In this document: positions 55,761 through 64,000 of the stretch, piece after piece
Layout: the number at the start of each line of letters is the position of its first letter
Numbering within the stretch: position 1 is the first letter of the stretch
NCBI GenBank assembly: GCA_965215005.1
Contig: CBDCCZ010000010.1
Span: 156,063-220,062 of the forward strand
Source: Kofleriaceae bacterium
GTDB lineage: Bacteria; Myxococcota_A; Polyangia; Haliangiales; Haliangiaceae
Length of the DNA: 64,000 nt
Reading direction: 5' to 3'
Made by a program: the position numbers and the translations under genes
The notes under the pieces: model-generated
The model's input: only the letters and a program-made list of their open reading frames with translations
What the model was told of the DNA's origin: nothing
Databases searched by the model: none

Positions 55761-56937
55761 CTCCGTCTTCGATTATCCGAGCTGGCTCGCCGACAGCGAT
55801 CAAGAGCTGGTCGTGTTCACGCAGCGCGAGATCCCGACGAGCGAGGCTTACGCGGCGCTCGAGACCTTCGATAGCTTCGACCGATCGGGTCGCGCAGAGC
55901 TCCGCGCGCTCGAGCTGCGCGAGCGCTACCAGTGGCGCCACGTGTTTGGGCACTCCGAGTACGATCTGGTGCGCGCTGCGCGCTTGCGCGAGCGGCTGTC
56001 GCTGCCGGGCCAGAGCGTCGAGAGCGCCCAAGCGTACCGCGACAAGGCGCGGATGAAGGAACACGCCAGCGCGAGCGGCATCGCGGTACCCGCATTCCGC
56101 CGCTTGTCTTCGCCCCTCGATCTCGTCGATTTCGCCGACGCGCACGGCTATCCGGTGGTCGTCAAGCCGATCGACGGCGGCGGCTCGCGCGGAGTCTCGG
56201 TCTTGCGCGACGCCGCGGCGGTCGGCCAGTTCCTCGAGATGCTGCCCGATCGCCCTTACATAATCGAGTCGTTCGTCGCCGGCGAGATGTATCACGTCGA
56301 CGGCGTTTGGCACGAAGACCGGATGCTGTTCGCGGCAGCCTCGCGCTATTTGGCGGGGTGTCTCGCCTACCAGCGTGGCGACAGCCTCGGCAGCATGATT
56401 CTGCCGCCGCAAAGCGCGCTCCATGGCCGCCTCGTCGACGAGACGACGGCCATCATCCGCGCTCTGCCCAGGAGCCCGCTGGTGGCCTTCCACGCCGAAA
56501 TCTTCGTCACCGACGACGGCCGCATGGTCCTGTGTGAGATCGCCAGCCGCACCGGCGGCGCGCTGGTCGCTGAGACCCTCGAGGTCGCCTACGGCGTCAA
56601 CATCAACCGGCTGTGGACGCGTCTGGCCTGTGGCCTGCCGGCCGATAGCGAGCCGCGTTCCGCGCCCGCGCCCTACGCCGGCTGGCTGGTGATCCCACCG
56701 TGCAAGGGGGAGCTCCTCGACGCTCCGCAACAGGCGCCGTTCGAGTGGTGCGAGCGCTTCCTTGTGCCTGCCAAGGCCGGCGACCGATGCACCGCGCCGG
56801 TCGCCAGCGTCGATCACGTCGCCATGGCGATCGTCACCGGCGACAACGAAACCGAGGTCGAGGAACGACTGCGCCGGGTCGATCGCTGGTTCGCCGACAC
56901 CGTGGTCTGGAACGAGCATGCCGACGAAGCCGCATAG
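55735..56937 (+). CDS. ATP-grasp L-amino-acid-ligase-type protein (NikS/RhiM/BacD-like)
   Basis: SEYDL..AARLRE, RDKARMK, GYPVVVKPIDGGGSRGV, ESFVAGEMYHVDG, FHAEIF and CEIASRTGG. Confidence 0.9.
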   Translation: MAILIFNRSSVFDYPSWLADSDQELVVFTQREIPTSEAYAALETFDSFDRSGRAELRALELRERYQWRHVFGHSEYDLVRAARLRERLSLPGQSVESAQAYRDKARMKEHASASGIAVPAFRRLSSPLDLVDFADAHGYPVVVKPIDGGGSRGVSVLRDAAAVGQFLEMLPDRPYIIESFVAGEMYHVDGVWHEDRMLFAAASRYLAGCLAYQRGDSLGSMILPPQSALHGRLVDETTAIIRALPRSPLVAFHAEIFVTDDGRMVLCEIASRTGGALVAETLEVAYGVNINRLWTRLACGLPADSEPRSAPAPYAGWLVIPPCKGELLDAPQQAPFEWCERFLVPAKAGDRCTAPVASVDHVAMAIVTGDNETEVEERLRRVDRWFADTVVWNEHADEAA

Positions 56938-58147
56938 CACCGTCCTTCGCGCCTACGTCGCGGCGACGGCGACCAACTTCCTCGGCACTGGAGTGCAGGG
57001 AGTCGCGGTGCCGTGGCTCCTGTTGGAGCTCACCGGCTCGGCGGCCGCCGTTGGCATCCTGCTCGTGCTCCGCGCGGTGCCAAACATCGTGCTTTCGTCC
57101 TACGCCGGCGTGTTGGCCGACAGCACCAGCCGCCGGCGCATCGCCGTGTGGGCCAGCACCATCCAGGGCTGCGCAGTCTCGCTCGTGGCTGCGGCCGTCG
57201 CCCTGGGCCATCGCGACCCGCTGCTCTTGTACGCAATGACCGCGGTGGTCGGCGTAGGCAACACGTTCTTCTTTCCCGCGACGCGCGCTTTTATGCAGAG
57301 CGCCGTCGATCGCCGCGCGTACGTCGGCCTCGCGTCGATGACTGAAACCGCCATGCAGCTGGGGATGATCGCTGGGACCGCGCTCGCCGGTCCGCTGATC
57401 GTCGGCGTCGGTGCGGCGGGGGCGCTGGCCGTCGACGCGCTGTCGTTCTTGGTCGCCGCGGCGATCTTTGCACGGATGCCGGAGCAGGCCCCGATCGAAC
57501 CCCAATCCCGTGCGCCACGGCGCACGAGCCTAGCGCAGCCCCTCGAGGGCCTGCGCTACATCTATGGACGACCGCACCTGCTCGTCGCGGTCTTGCTCAG
57601 CATGATCCCGCTCGTCTGCGTGCAGGTCGACAACGTCCTGGTCGCCGCGTTCACCCGCGATGTGCTCGGCCTGGGCGCGCAAGGTTTCAGCTTGATCAAC
57701 CTCACCTATGCGGTCGGAGCGATGACCGCCGGTGCAACGATCGCCAGCTGGGCCAAGAGGTCCGCCGACCGCCCGGCATTCATCGTCGTCGCATTGGCGG
57801 CGCTCGGGGCCGCGCACGTGAGCTTCGGCATAAGTCGAACCGGGCTGGTGGCGGTGCTCGCCATGCTCGCGATTGGCCTCACGGTGGTGGCCGCGCGATC
57901 GCACCTGGCGGCGCTGGTGATGCACGCGACCGACACCAAGTTGGCCGGTCGTGTCCAGGCAAGCGTGCAGCTGCTCTCAGGTTTGCTGGTGATGGCGATC
58001 GGTCTGTCGGTCGGCGGGCTGGCCGAGGTCACCGGCTATGCCGCAGTGTTCGGCGCGCTCGGCGCTTTGTGCGCCGGCGCCGCGATAGCGGCCGCCGCCT
58101 GCCACCGCCGCGACGCCGCCCGCGCGATGACACGCGGGAGCATCTAA
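56918..58147 (+). CDS. MFS transporter (probable exporter)
   Basis: About 12 hydrophobic helices; GVLADSTSRRR motif A; AGRVQA in the C-terminal half. Confidence 0.9.
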   Translation: MPTKPHSTVLRAYVAATATNFLGTGVQGVAVPWLLLELTGSAAAVGILLVLRAVPNIVLSSYAGVLADSTSRRRIAVWASTIQGCAVSLVAAAVALGHRDPLLLYAMTAVVGVGNTFFFPATRAFMQSAVDRRAYVGLASMTETAMQLGMIAGTALAGPLIVGVGAAGALAVDALSFLVAAAIFARMPEQAPIEPQSRAPRRTSLAQPLEGLRYIYGRPHLLVAVLLSMIPLVCVQVDNVLVAAFTRDVLGLGAQGFSLINLTYAVGAMTAGATIASWAKRSADRPAFIVVALAALGAAHVSFGISRTGLVAVLAMLAIGLTVVAARSHLAALVMHATDTKLAGRVQASVQLLSGLLVMAIGLSVGGLAEVTGYAAVFGALGALCAGAAIAAAACHRRDAARAMTRGSI

Positions 58148-58149
58148 AC

Positions 58150-60645
58150 GTGCGCCTTCTCGTCGCGCTCGCGGCGACCGCGCTCGTCTGCCTCGGCGTC
58201 AGCAGCGGTGCACGAGCCGAGGTTAAACAGGCGAAGGTCCAGCGCATCATCTCGCCACCTGTGATCGATGGAGCCCTCGACGACGAAGCGTGGCTGCCAC
58301 TGACCGAGCACGGCGAATTCGTACAGCGGCAGCCGCAGAGCGGAGCGCCGCTGCGCGACCAATCTCGCTTCCGGGTCGGCTTCGATGAGCAGGCCCTCTA
58401 CGTTGCGGTGCGGGCTCATGATGTCCAGGCCGATCGCATTGACAAGCCGTTGGCGCGCCGGGACGCGGAGCCGACCTCTGACTGGATTCACGTCGCCATC
58501 GACACCGACGTCGACGGCCAGAGTGCTCTCGAGTTCGCCGTCAACCCAGCAGGTGTGCTCGTCGACGCGCTGTGGACGAGAGACAACCGGCGCGATGTCA
58601 CCTGGGACGGTCAGTGGACGGCAGCGGCCGACGTCGACGACGGCGGCTGGAGCGCCGAGTTCCGCATACCCCTCGCTTCGCTGCGCTTGCCCACCGCCGG
58701 CACCGAGCTCGGCTTTCAGGTGTGGCGACGGACCAATCGCACCGGCGAAGTCTCCTATTGGTCGACGACGCCGGCCCAGGACCCGCACATCGTTCGCCAC
58801 TTCGGCCGTATCGCTGGCCTCACCGTGCCGGCCGCCGAGCAGCGCCTCTCAGCTCGACAGCACGTCCTGCTCGTCGGCGAGCATGTTGCCGGCGCGCGCG
58901 ACGCGGCGCTCGAACTGTCGCTCGATGTCGAGTATGCCCTGTCCGAGGATATCGTCATCGAGGCGAGCCTCAACCCCGACTTCGGTTTCGTGGAGGCGGA
59001 TCCGGCGGAGATCCATCTCAGCGCCCTCGAACGATTCGTCGTCGAGCGGCGGCAGTTCTTCAACAGCGGCCGCGAGCTGTTCCTCGTGCCCCTGGGCACC
59101 GGCGTCGATACGCTGCTGTACTCGCGGCGCATCGGTCGGCCGCCGCAGGGTCGCGTGAGCCCAGCTGATGGCGCGAGCGCGCAGGTCCCGGCGGCAACCG
59201 ACGTACTCGCCGCCGGCAAGCTCCTCGGACGCGTGGCGGATCGGCTGCGGGTTGGCGCCATCCTAGCGACCACCGACCAAGCGCGGGCGCGCGTGTCGAC
59301 GAACGGCGTTACCAGCCAACGGATCGTCGAGCCGCTGACGCAATACGCGGCTGTACGCGTCGTCGATGCGCCAAGCGACGCGAGCCGCCGCATCGGCGGG
59401 CTGCTCACGGCCGTACACCGCCTTGGCGATGACACGGCTGGTCTGCATCGCACCGCCGTCACCGGCGCCGTCGACGGCTCGTGGCAGCTCGGCGCGCAGC
59501 ATCGCGCCGACGTGGTGCTACTCGGATCGTGGCTCCACGGCAGCGCCGAATCGATCGACCGCGTGATGCGCTCCCCGGTGCATTACTTCCAGCGTCCGGA
59601 CGCCGATCACCTGCAGGTTTCGGGCGTGTCGACCTCGCTCGGCGGCTACGGCGGTTACCTTCGCATTGCCAAGACGGGTGGTGTGCCGGTGCGCTACGGC
59701 GCCGATCTCGCCGTGTTCGGTCCCGGCCTCGAGCTTGGCGACCTCGGCTTCCTCAGCCGCGCCGACACCGCGCGCGCGCAGATGTCCGTTAGCCATCACG
59801 TCGTCGGTGACGGCGGGGCAGTCAGCGCCGTGGACACCGACCTGGCCGCGCGCGTAGCCTCCACCTTCGGCGGGGAGATCACCGACGCCGCGCTCATCTT
59901 GCAGTCGTCACTGCGTCTGCGCAATCAATGGACGATGACCGGCAGCGGGCGTCTGACTGCCAGAGTTCTCGATCCCACCATCTTGCGCGGTGGCCCGGCG
60001 CTGCGGACCGAGCCGTCGGGGCTGCTCGCAGCCACTGTCATCACCGATGAGCGAAAGCGAGCGCGGGGAGCGCTGACGCTGCGCGCCGCCGCCGACACCG
60101 AAGCGGCATGGGCAGTGCGAGCGATCCCGGAGCTCATGCTGCAACCGTCGCCCCGGCTGCAGGTCGACCTCGGCCTCAACGCAAGCAGGAGCATGCTCGA
60201 TCATCAGTTCGTGGCCGCCGGCGACGACCGCATGGGCGCCACGGTGGGCGCGGTCGCCGTCGACTCACTGGCAGTCACCGTGCGGTTATCACTGGCCTTC
60301 ACGCGCCGGCTGAGCGTGCAGTACTACGCGCAGGCGTTCTTGTCGGGCGCCAACTATCACGACTTCCGCGCCGTAACGATGCCCAACGCGGAGCGATATG
60401 CGACCCGTTACGCGCCCACAGTAGTCGCCGATGAGCCTGACTTCGCCGCCCACGAGCTCCACGGCAACCTCGCGCTTCGCTGGGAGATCCGCGAGGCGAT
60501 TACATTGCTCGTGCTCTGGAGCCACGAGCGCCAGCGTCGCAGCGATGATGGCCGCCTCGCCGTAGACGATGGCGTCGTCGAGCTGTGGGAAACCGCCGCC
60601 GAAGACACCATCCTCATCAAGCTCAGCAGTTGGTTCTCGCACTGA
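58150..60645 (+). CDS. CBM9-like plus DUF5916 outer-membrane protein
   Basis: Signal peptide; PVIDGALDDEAW, FAVNPAG, WDGQW, GWSAEFRIP, NPDFGFVEAD, ERRQFF, LLYSRRIG and terminal IKLSSWF. Confidence 0.85.
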   Translation: MRLLVALAATALVCLGVSSGARAEVKQAKVQRIISPPVIDGALDDEAWLPLTEHGEFVQRQPQSGAPLRDQSRFRVGFDEQALYVAVRAHDVQADRIDKPLARRDAEPTSDWIHVAIDTDVDGQSALEFAVNPAGVLVDALWTRDNRRDVTWDGQWTAAADVDDGGWSAEFRIPLASLRLPTAGTELGFQVWRRTNRTGEVSYWSTTPAQDPHIVRHFGRIAGLTVPAAEQRLSARQHVLLVGEHVAGARDAALELSLDVEYALSEDIVIEASLNPDFGFVEADPAEIHLSALERFVVERRQFFNSGRELFLVPLGTGVDTLLYSRRIGRPPQGRVSPADGASAQVPAATDVLAAGKLLGRVADRLRVGAILATTDQARARVSTNGVTSQRIVEPLTQYAAVRVVDAPSDASRRIGGLLTAVHRLGDDTAGLHRTAVTGAVDGSWQLGAQHRADVVLLGSWLHGSAESIDRVMRSPVHYFQRPDADHLQVSGVSTSLGGYGGYLRIAKTGGVPVRYGADLAVFGPGLELGDLGFLSRADTARAQMSVSHHVVGDGGAVSAVDTDLAARVASTFGGEITDAALILQSSLRLRNQWTMTGSGRLTARVLDPTILRGGPALRTEPSGLLAATVITDERKRARGALTLRAAADTEAAWAVRAIPELMLQPSPRLQVDLGLNASRSMLDHQFVAAGDDRMGATVGAVAVDSLAVTVRLSLAFTRRLSVQYYAQAFLSGANYHDFRAVTMPNAERYATRYAPTVVADEPDFAAHELHGNLALRWEIREAITLLVLWSHERQRRSDDGRLAVDDGVVELWETAAEDTILIKLSSWFSH

Positions 60646-60767
60646 GGCGGCCGGGGCTGGATCCAACGAGCCTTGCATAAGCAAGTCGATCGAGGCGCCT
60701 GCAAAGAAAAAGCTAACCGTTCACTGCCGGTGTTGAATCAACGGGCTGCCGGTGCGAATTCGTCGGC

Positions 60768-61100
60768 ATGAATCAATCAAATCGAGCGCTGGTCGAGCAG
60801 ATTGAGCAGTTGGTGCGCGAGCATTTGGAGGTGACGCGGCGCGCGGTGGCGGCGGCGGTCGAGCAGGCGTTTTCGCCGATGCCGGAGGCGTCGCGGGGAC
60901 GCACTCGCAGCGAGGTGTCGCGGGTGAGGCGGACAGCGAGTCGCGGTCGGCGGTCGAAGACCGAGTTCTTGGCGCTTACTGAGCGCTTACACGAAGCCAT
61001 GTGCGCGCATCCCGGCGAGACGATGTCGGTGTTGGCGCCAATATTCGGCACGACAGCGCGCGAAATGGAGGGGCCGGTGAAGGCACTCAAGCGGGCAACT
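60768..61100 (+). pseudogene. Truncated putative DNA-binding accessory protein
   Basis: IEQLVREHL...RRSKTE..ALTERL.EA.CAHPGETM.VLA; the sequence turns to antisense of the transposase fragment afterwards. Confidence 0.5.
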
Positions 61101-61149
61101 GCGCTTGCGCCACAGCACGAAATCGCGCCAGCTCGAGCTCGCCATCGTT

Positions 61150-61348
61150 GTTTGTTCTTTGAGTTGCGGCCGACGAGCTCGGTGAGCTTCGCGACTTGCT
61201 CGGCCAGCGCCGCGATCTGGGCGTCGCGCTCGGCTAATTGGGTGTCGCGCTCAGCTAGCTGGGCGTCGCGCTCGGCTAGCGTCGTCTCGAGCGACGTTAT
61301 CCGCGCCTCGAGATTGCGCGGGTCATCAAGCTCGTCGCCAGCCGCCAC
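61150..61348 (-). pseudogene. IS66-family transposase N-terminal fragment (coiled coil, DUF6444-like)
   Basis: LAERDAQ heptad repeats followed by VAKLTELVGRNSKN, then abrupt loss of homology. Confidence 0.7.
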
Positions 61349-61423
61349 GTCGACGTTAGATCATGATCGGATCCGCCCGTCGATCCCCTCCGCGACGGAA
61401 AAAGCAGGGGCGTGAACGGATAC
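61267..61423 (+). repeat. 157-bp direct repeat, copy 1 (IS66-like end)
   Basis: Matches 63666-63822 with three substitutions seen. Confidence 0.95.
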
Positions 61424-61442
61424 GTCGGAACAGCGCCCGAGC

Positions 61443-61895
61443 ATGGCGGCCCATCTGGTGGGCAACGTGAAGATGACGCTGCGGCTGCTCAGCTTCGACG
61501 CCGATGCCACGTCGAATCGGCAGTCGTTCTTCTCGCAGATGCTCGATGAGGTGAAGCGGGCCAAGCAGCGCAAGGACCTCGAGGTGGCGGGGGCCGCATC
61601 GGTGGGGTTCGGGGAGCTGCCGGCGCCGATCATCCGGCGCATCTCCAATCCTGCTAACGTCAACCGGGTGGCCAATGCGCTCGTCTCCTCGCTCCGCATC
61701 GACCCGGAGGAGGTGGCGGTCGACGGCGTCGCTCCGGTCGGCATGCTGTGCTTCGGCGCGATCGAAAACGGCCTTAGCTGGGTAGTCGTGCCGCTGCGTA
61801 CGCCGGACGCGGTGTACGTCTCGTTCACGGCCGACGCGGCTCTGGAAGGCGAAGTCAGCCGTTTGCGTGCCGGTCTCGAAGAGGTGCTCACATGA
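61443..61895 (+). CDS. Hypothetical protein, probably 5'-truncated by the IS end
   Basis: Begins 20 nt after the IS terminus; ATGA overlap with the next gene. Confidence 0.55.
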   Translation: MAAHLVGNVKMTLRLLSFDADATSNRQSFFSQMLDEVKRAKQRKDLEVAGAASVGFGELPAPIIRRISNPANVNRVANALVSSLRIDPEEVAVDGVAPVGMLCFGAIENGLSWVVVPLRTPDAVYVSFTADAALEGEVSRLRAGLEEVLT

Positions 61896-63177
61896 CACAG
61901 TCACTCCAGGTTCTCGTGGTCGCGCCAGCGCTGCCGCCGACGATCGGCGGTGCCGAAACCATCGCCGAAGTGCTGACACTCGGACTGTGCCGGCGCGCTG
62001 ACACGAGAGTTCATCTCTTGACCAGTGAGGCACCCAGGCCGGTCGTCGAGCAGGCCCTGTCGCGCAATGGCGGCACACTGACGCTGGTTCCAAACGAGCT
62101 GCGAGCCAGGGATGGCTTCGTCGGCTGGGAGTGGGCGACGTTTGCGCGCGCGGAAGCGATCTACCGTATCTGCGCCGAGCAGCGGATCGACGTCGTGCAC
62201 GCGATGAGCCATGACACTTGTCTCGCCGCGGGCATTGCGCTGGCGGGGACCGAGCTAAAGGGGAAGTACCGGCACTCGTCGCCACCTACTCGGAGATGTC
62301 GACGGAGGACTCGCCGTTCGGAAGAGCGCGGTCGGCTCATGTGTACCGGCAGCCGGTAAGCGGGCTGATCCACCTCAGCGATTACTACCGAGCCGTCGCG
62401 GTGCGGCACGGCTGCGCTGCCAGCCGTCAAATCGTGGCGGCCGCGGTCGATCCGCGGTTCTTCACGCCGGGTAACGCTGCGGCGGCGCGCGAGCGGTTGC
62501 GCCTCGGCGCCAACCGCTTCGTCCTATTGTGCCCGAGCCGGTTCTCACCTCGGAAGGGCCAGCTCGACCTGCTGGACGCACTCGAGCGGTTGCCGCCGGC
62601 GCTGGCTGGGCGCCTGGTCGTGCTGTTGGCAGGCAGCGTCAACTCGGCGTCATCGGCGTTTCTAGGGCAGGTGCGCGACCGCGTGCATGGGCTGGCCATC
62701 GACACTCGCATCATCGAGGTGTCTCGGGACGAGATGCCCGATCTGTTGGCGGCCTCCGACCTGGTCATTCTCCCAAGCCACGTCGAGGGGCTCGGCTTCG
62801 CGGCCATTGAGGCCATGGCCGCAGGACGGCCGGTCCTGCTCACGAGGGTGCCTGGCTTCACCGAGGTCGCGGACGCGGACGGTCAGCTCGCCTACACGGC
62901 CGCGGGAGATCCTAGTCGTCTCGCCCTCGATCTCGTCCAGCTGATCGAAAGTCCAGCACTGCGCGACGCGCTGGCAACGCGCGGCCGCCGACGCGCCGAG
63001 ACCGGCTTCGGCGTCGACAATTTCGCCGAAAAGGTGACGGCGATTGTACCGCGCGACCTCGACGCCAGCCGCCGAGGCTGGCCTAGCGACCGGCAAGGTG
63101 AACGTCCGGCCCCTTCGGGTTACCGACCGGAACTCGCTGCGGATGGCGACCTTGGCCAACATGAATTGGACCGGTGA
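61892..63177 (+). CDS. Glycosyltransferase family 4, frameshift in the G run at 62260-62263; 3' end uncertain
   Basis: PPTIGGAET and DVVHA in the first frame; SRFSPRKG, SDLVILPSHVEGLGFAAIEAMAAGRPV in the second frame. Confidence 0.85.
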
Positions 63178-63571
63178 ACAACGCTTCACCTACCATGACA
63201 TCGACACCAATCCCGCCTTCCGTCACTACTTCGAGTTTCGGCCGGAACGGGGGGATTTGGGCGTCGTCGCCGAACAAGAAGGCCTCGTCATCGGAGTTGT
63301 TTGGCTCCTATTCCTCAGCGGTGAGGACGCCGGTTACGGCTTCGTTGCCGAAGGGGTTCCGGAGCTCAGCATCAGTGTCTGGCTGGGCTATCGGGGCCAG
63401 GGAATCGGAAAGCTCCTGATGCGCCAGGTCCTCGGCGAGGCCCGCAGTCGCGGCCTTGACCGCGTAAGTCTCAGCGTCGAGATTGAAAACCCTTCGTTGC
63501 ATCTCTATCGCCAGATGGGCTTCGAGCCCGCCGCTCCCGATACGATCGGCACCTACGTCCTCGACCTGTAG
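63098..63571 (+). CDS. GNAT family N-acetyltransferase
   Basis: GYGFVAEGVPELSISV..GYRGQGIG, LSVEIENPSLHLYRQMGF. Confidence 0.88.
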   Translation: MNVRPLRVTDRNSLRMATLANMNWTGEQRFTYHDIDTNPAFRHYFEFRPERGDLGVVAEQEGLVIGVVWLLFLSGEDAGYGFVAEGVPELSISVWLGYRGQGIGKLLMRQVLGEARSRGLDRVSLSVEIENPSLHLYRQMGFEPAAPDTIGTYVLDL

Positions 63572-63665
63572 TTCTGTGCCCACCCAGCTTCCGGCTTTGG
63601 TCACCCGTCCATTCCCGTCTTCCTCGAACAATCCAGGTCCGGGGTGAACGTAGCGTCGCAGCCGG

Positions 63666-63822
63666 CGCGCTCGGCTAGCGTCGTCTCGAGCGACGTTATC
63701 CGCGTCTCGAGATTGCGCGGGTCATCAAGCTCGTCGCCAACCGCCACGTCGACGTTAGATCATGATCGGATCCGCTCGTCGATCCCCTCCGCGACGGAAA
63801 AAGCAGGGGCGTGAACGGATAC
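63666..63822 (+). repeat. 157-bp direct repeat, copy 2 (IS66-like end)
   Basis: Matches 61267-61423 and ends in GTGAACGGATAC. Confidence 0.95.
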
Positions 63823-63823
63823 C

Positions 63824-64000
63824 CCGATGACCACCACCCTGCTCGAGGCGCTCTTCCGGCTCGGTCCGAAGCGCAGCGGCTTCGTCGTGCGCGACCCCGA
63901 TGGGTCGCAGAAGTCAGACGGTCAAGCCGACCAGGCGATCGAACGGATCTGTCGCCGGGCTGGACTACCGATGCGGCGCTGGCACGTCCTGCGCCACACC
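63824..64000 (+). pseudogene. Tyrosine recombinase/integrase C-terminal portion, cut at its 5' side by the IS end; runs off the right edge
   Basis: Manual translation PMTTTLLEAL...IERICRRAGLPMRRWHVLRHT contains the H-x-L-R-H box II motif. Confidence 0.8.

Larger units (their letters stand above)
60713..61423. mobile_element. Degenerate IS66-like remnant bounded by imperfect terminal inverted repeats
   Basis: Left CTAACCGTTCAC versus right end GTGAACGGATAC (reverse complement GTATCCGTTCAC), 10/12 match; holds two truncated inward-facing ORFs; no target duplication visible. Confidence 0.6.

Noticed and set aside
47084..58147. Phosphonate (rhizocticin-type), PQQ or phenazine pathway
   Set aside because: No PEP mutase, no pqqA/B/D/E and no other phz genes; only individual family-level similarities.
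61215..61280. 21-bp tandem repeats as a possible CRISPR or VNTR
   Set aside because: They have no spacers and encode the LAERDAQ heptads of the transposase coiled coil. No CRISPR array or cas gene was seen in the window.

Overview
High-GC bacterial genomic DNA whose gene families (DUF1592/DUF1552 pair, Hanks kinase, fused ccoNO, many sigma-54 promoters, lipoproteins) suggest a myxobacterium; this taxonomy is inference. Left part: housekeeping and accessory genes (trans-sulfuration PLP enzyme, Fe-S CCG protein, orphan N6-adenine methyltransferase, lipid kinase, two phosphatases, tandem DUF1552 copies, a TMEM165/TerC cassette between two ~150-bp structured inverted repeats, a glycosidase, proline dehydrogenase, tRNA-Phe, Ser/Thr kinase). 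Middle: a microaerobic locus with a globin-coupled histidine kinase and an NtrC-type regulator divergent from a full cbb3 oxidase operon, followed by a 3.3-kb nnrS/hemerythrin islet bounded by ~100-bp direct repeats. Main result: a tightly coupled 12-gene operon at 47084-60645 that looks like an NRPS-independent peptide biosynthetic cluster. It encodes a DmpG/RhiG-type aldolase, a heme-oxygenase-like diiron oxidase, a class IV aminotransferase, four ATP-grasp ligases, a C45 Ntn-hydrolase, a PhzF-type isomerase, an RraA/HMG aldolase, an MFS exporter and a DUF5916 outer-membrane protein. IS66 remnants and a broken tyrosine integrase lie beside it. Several single-base frameshifts in short homopolymers probably reflect sequencing error. 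All calls come from motif recognition by eye; no searches were run.
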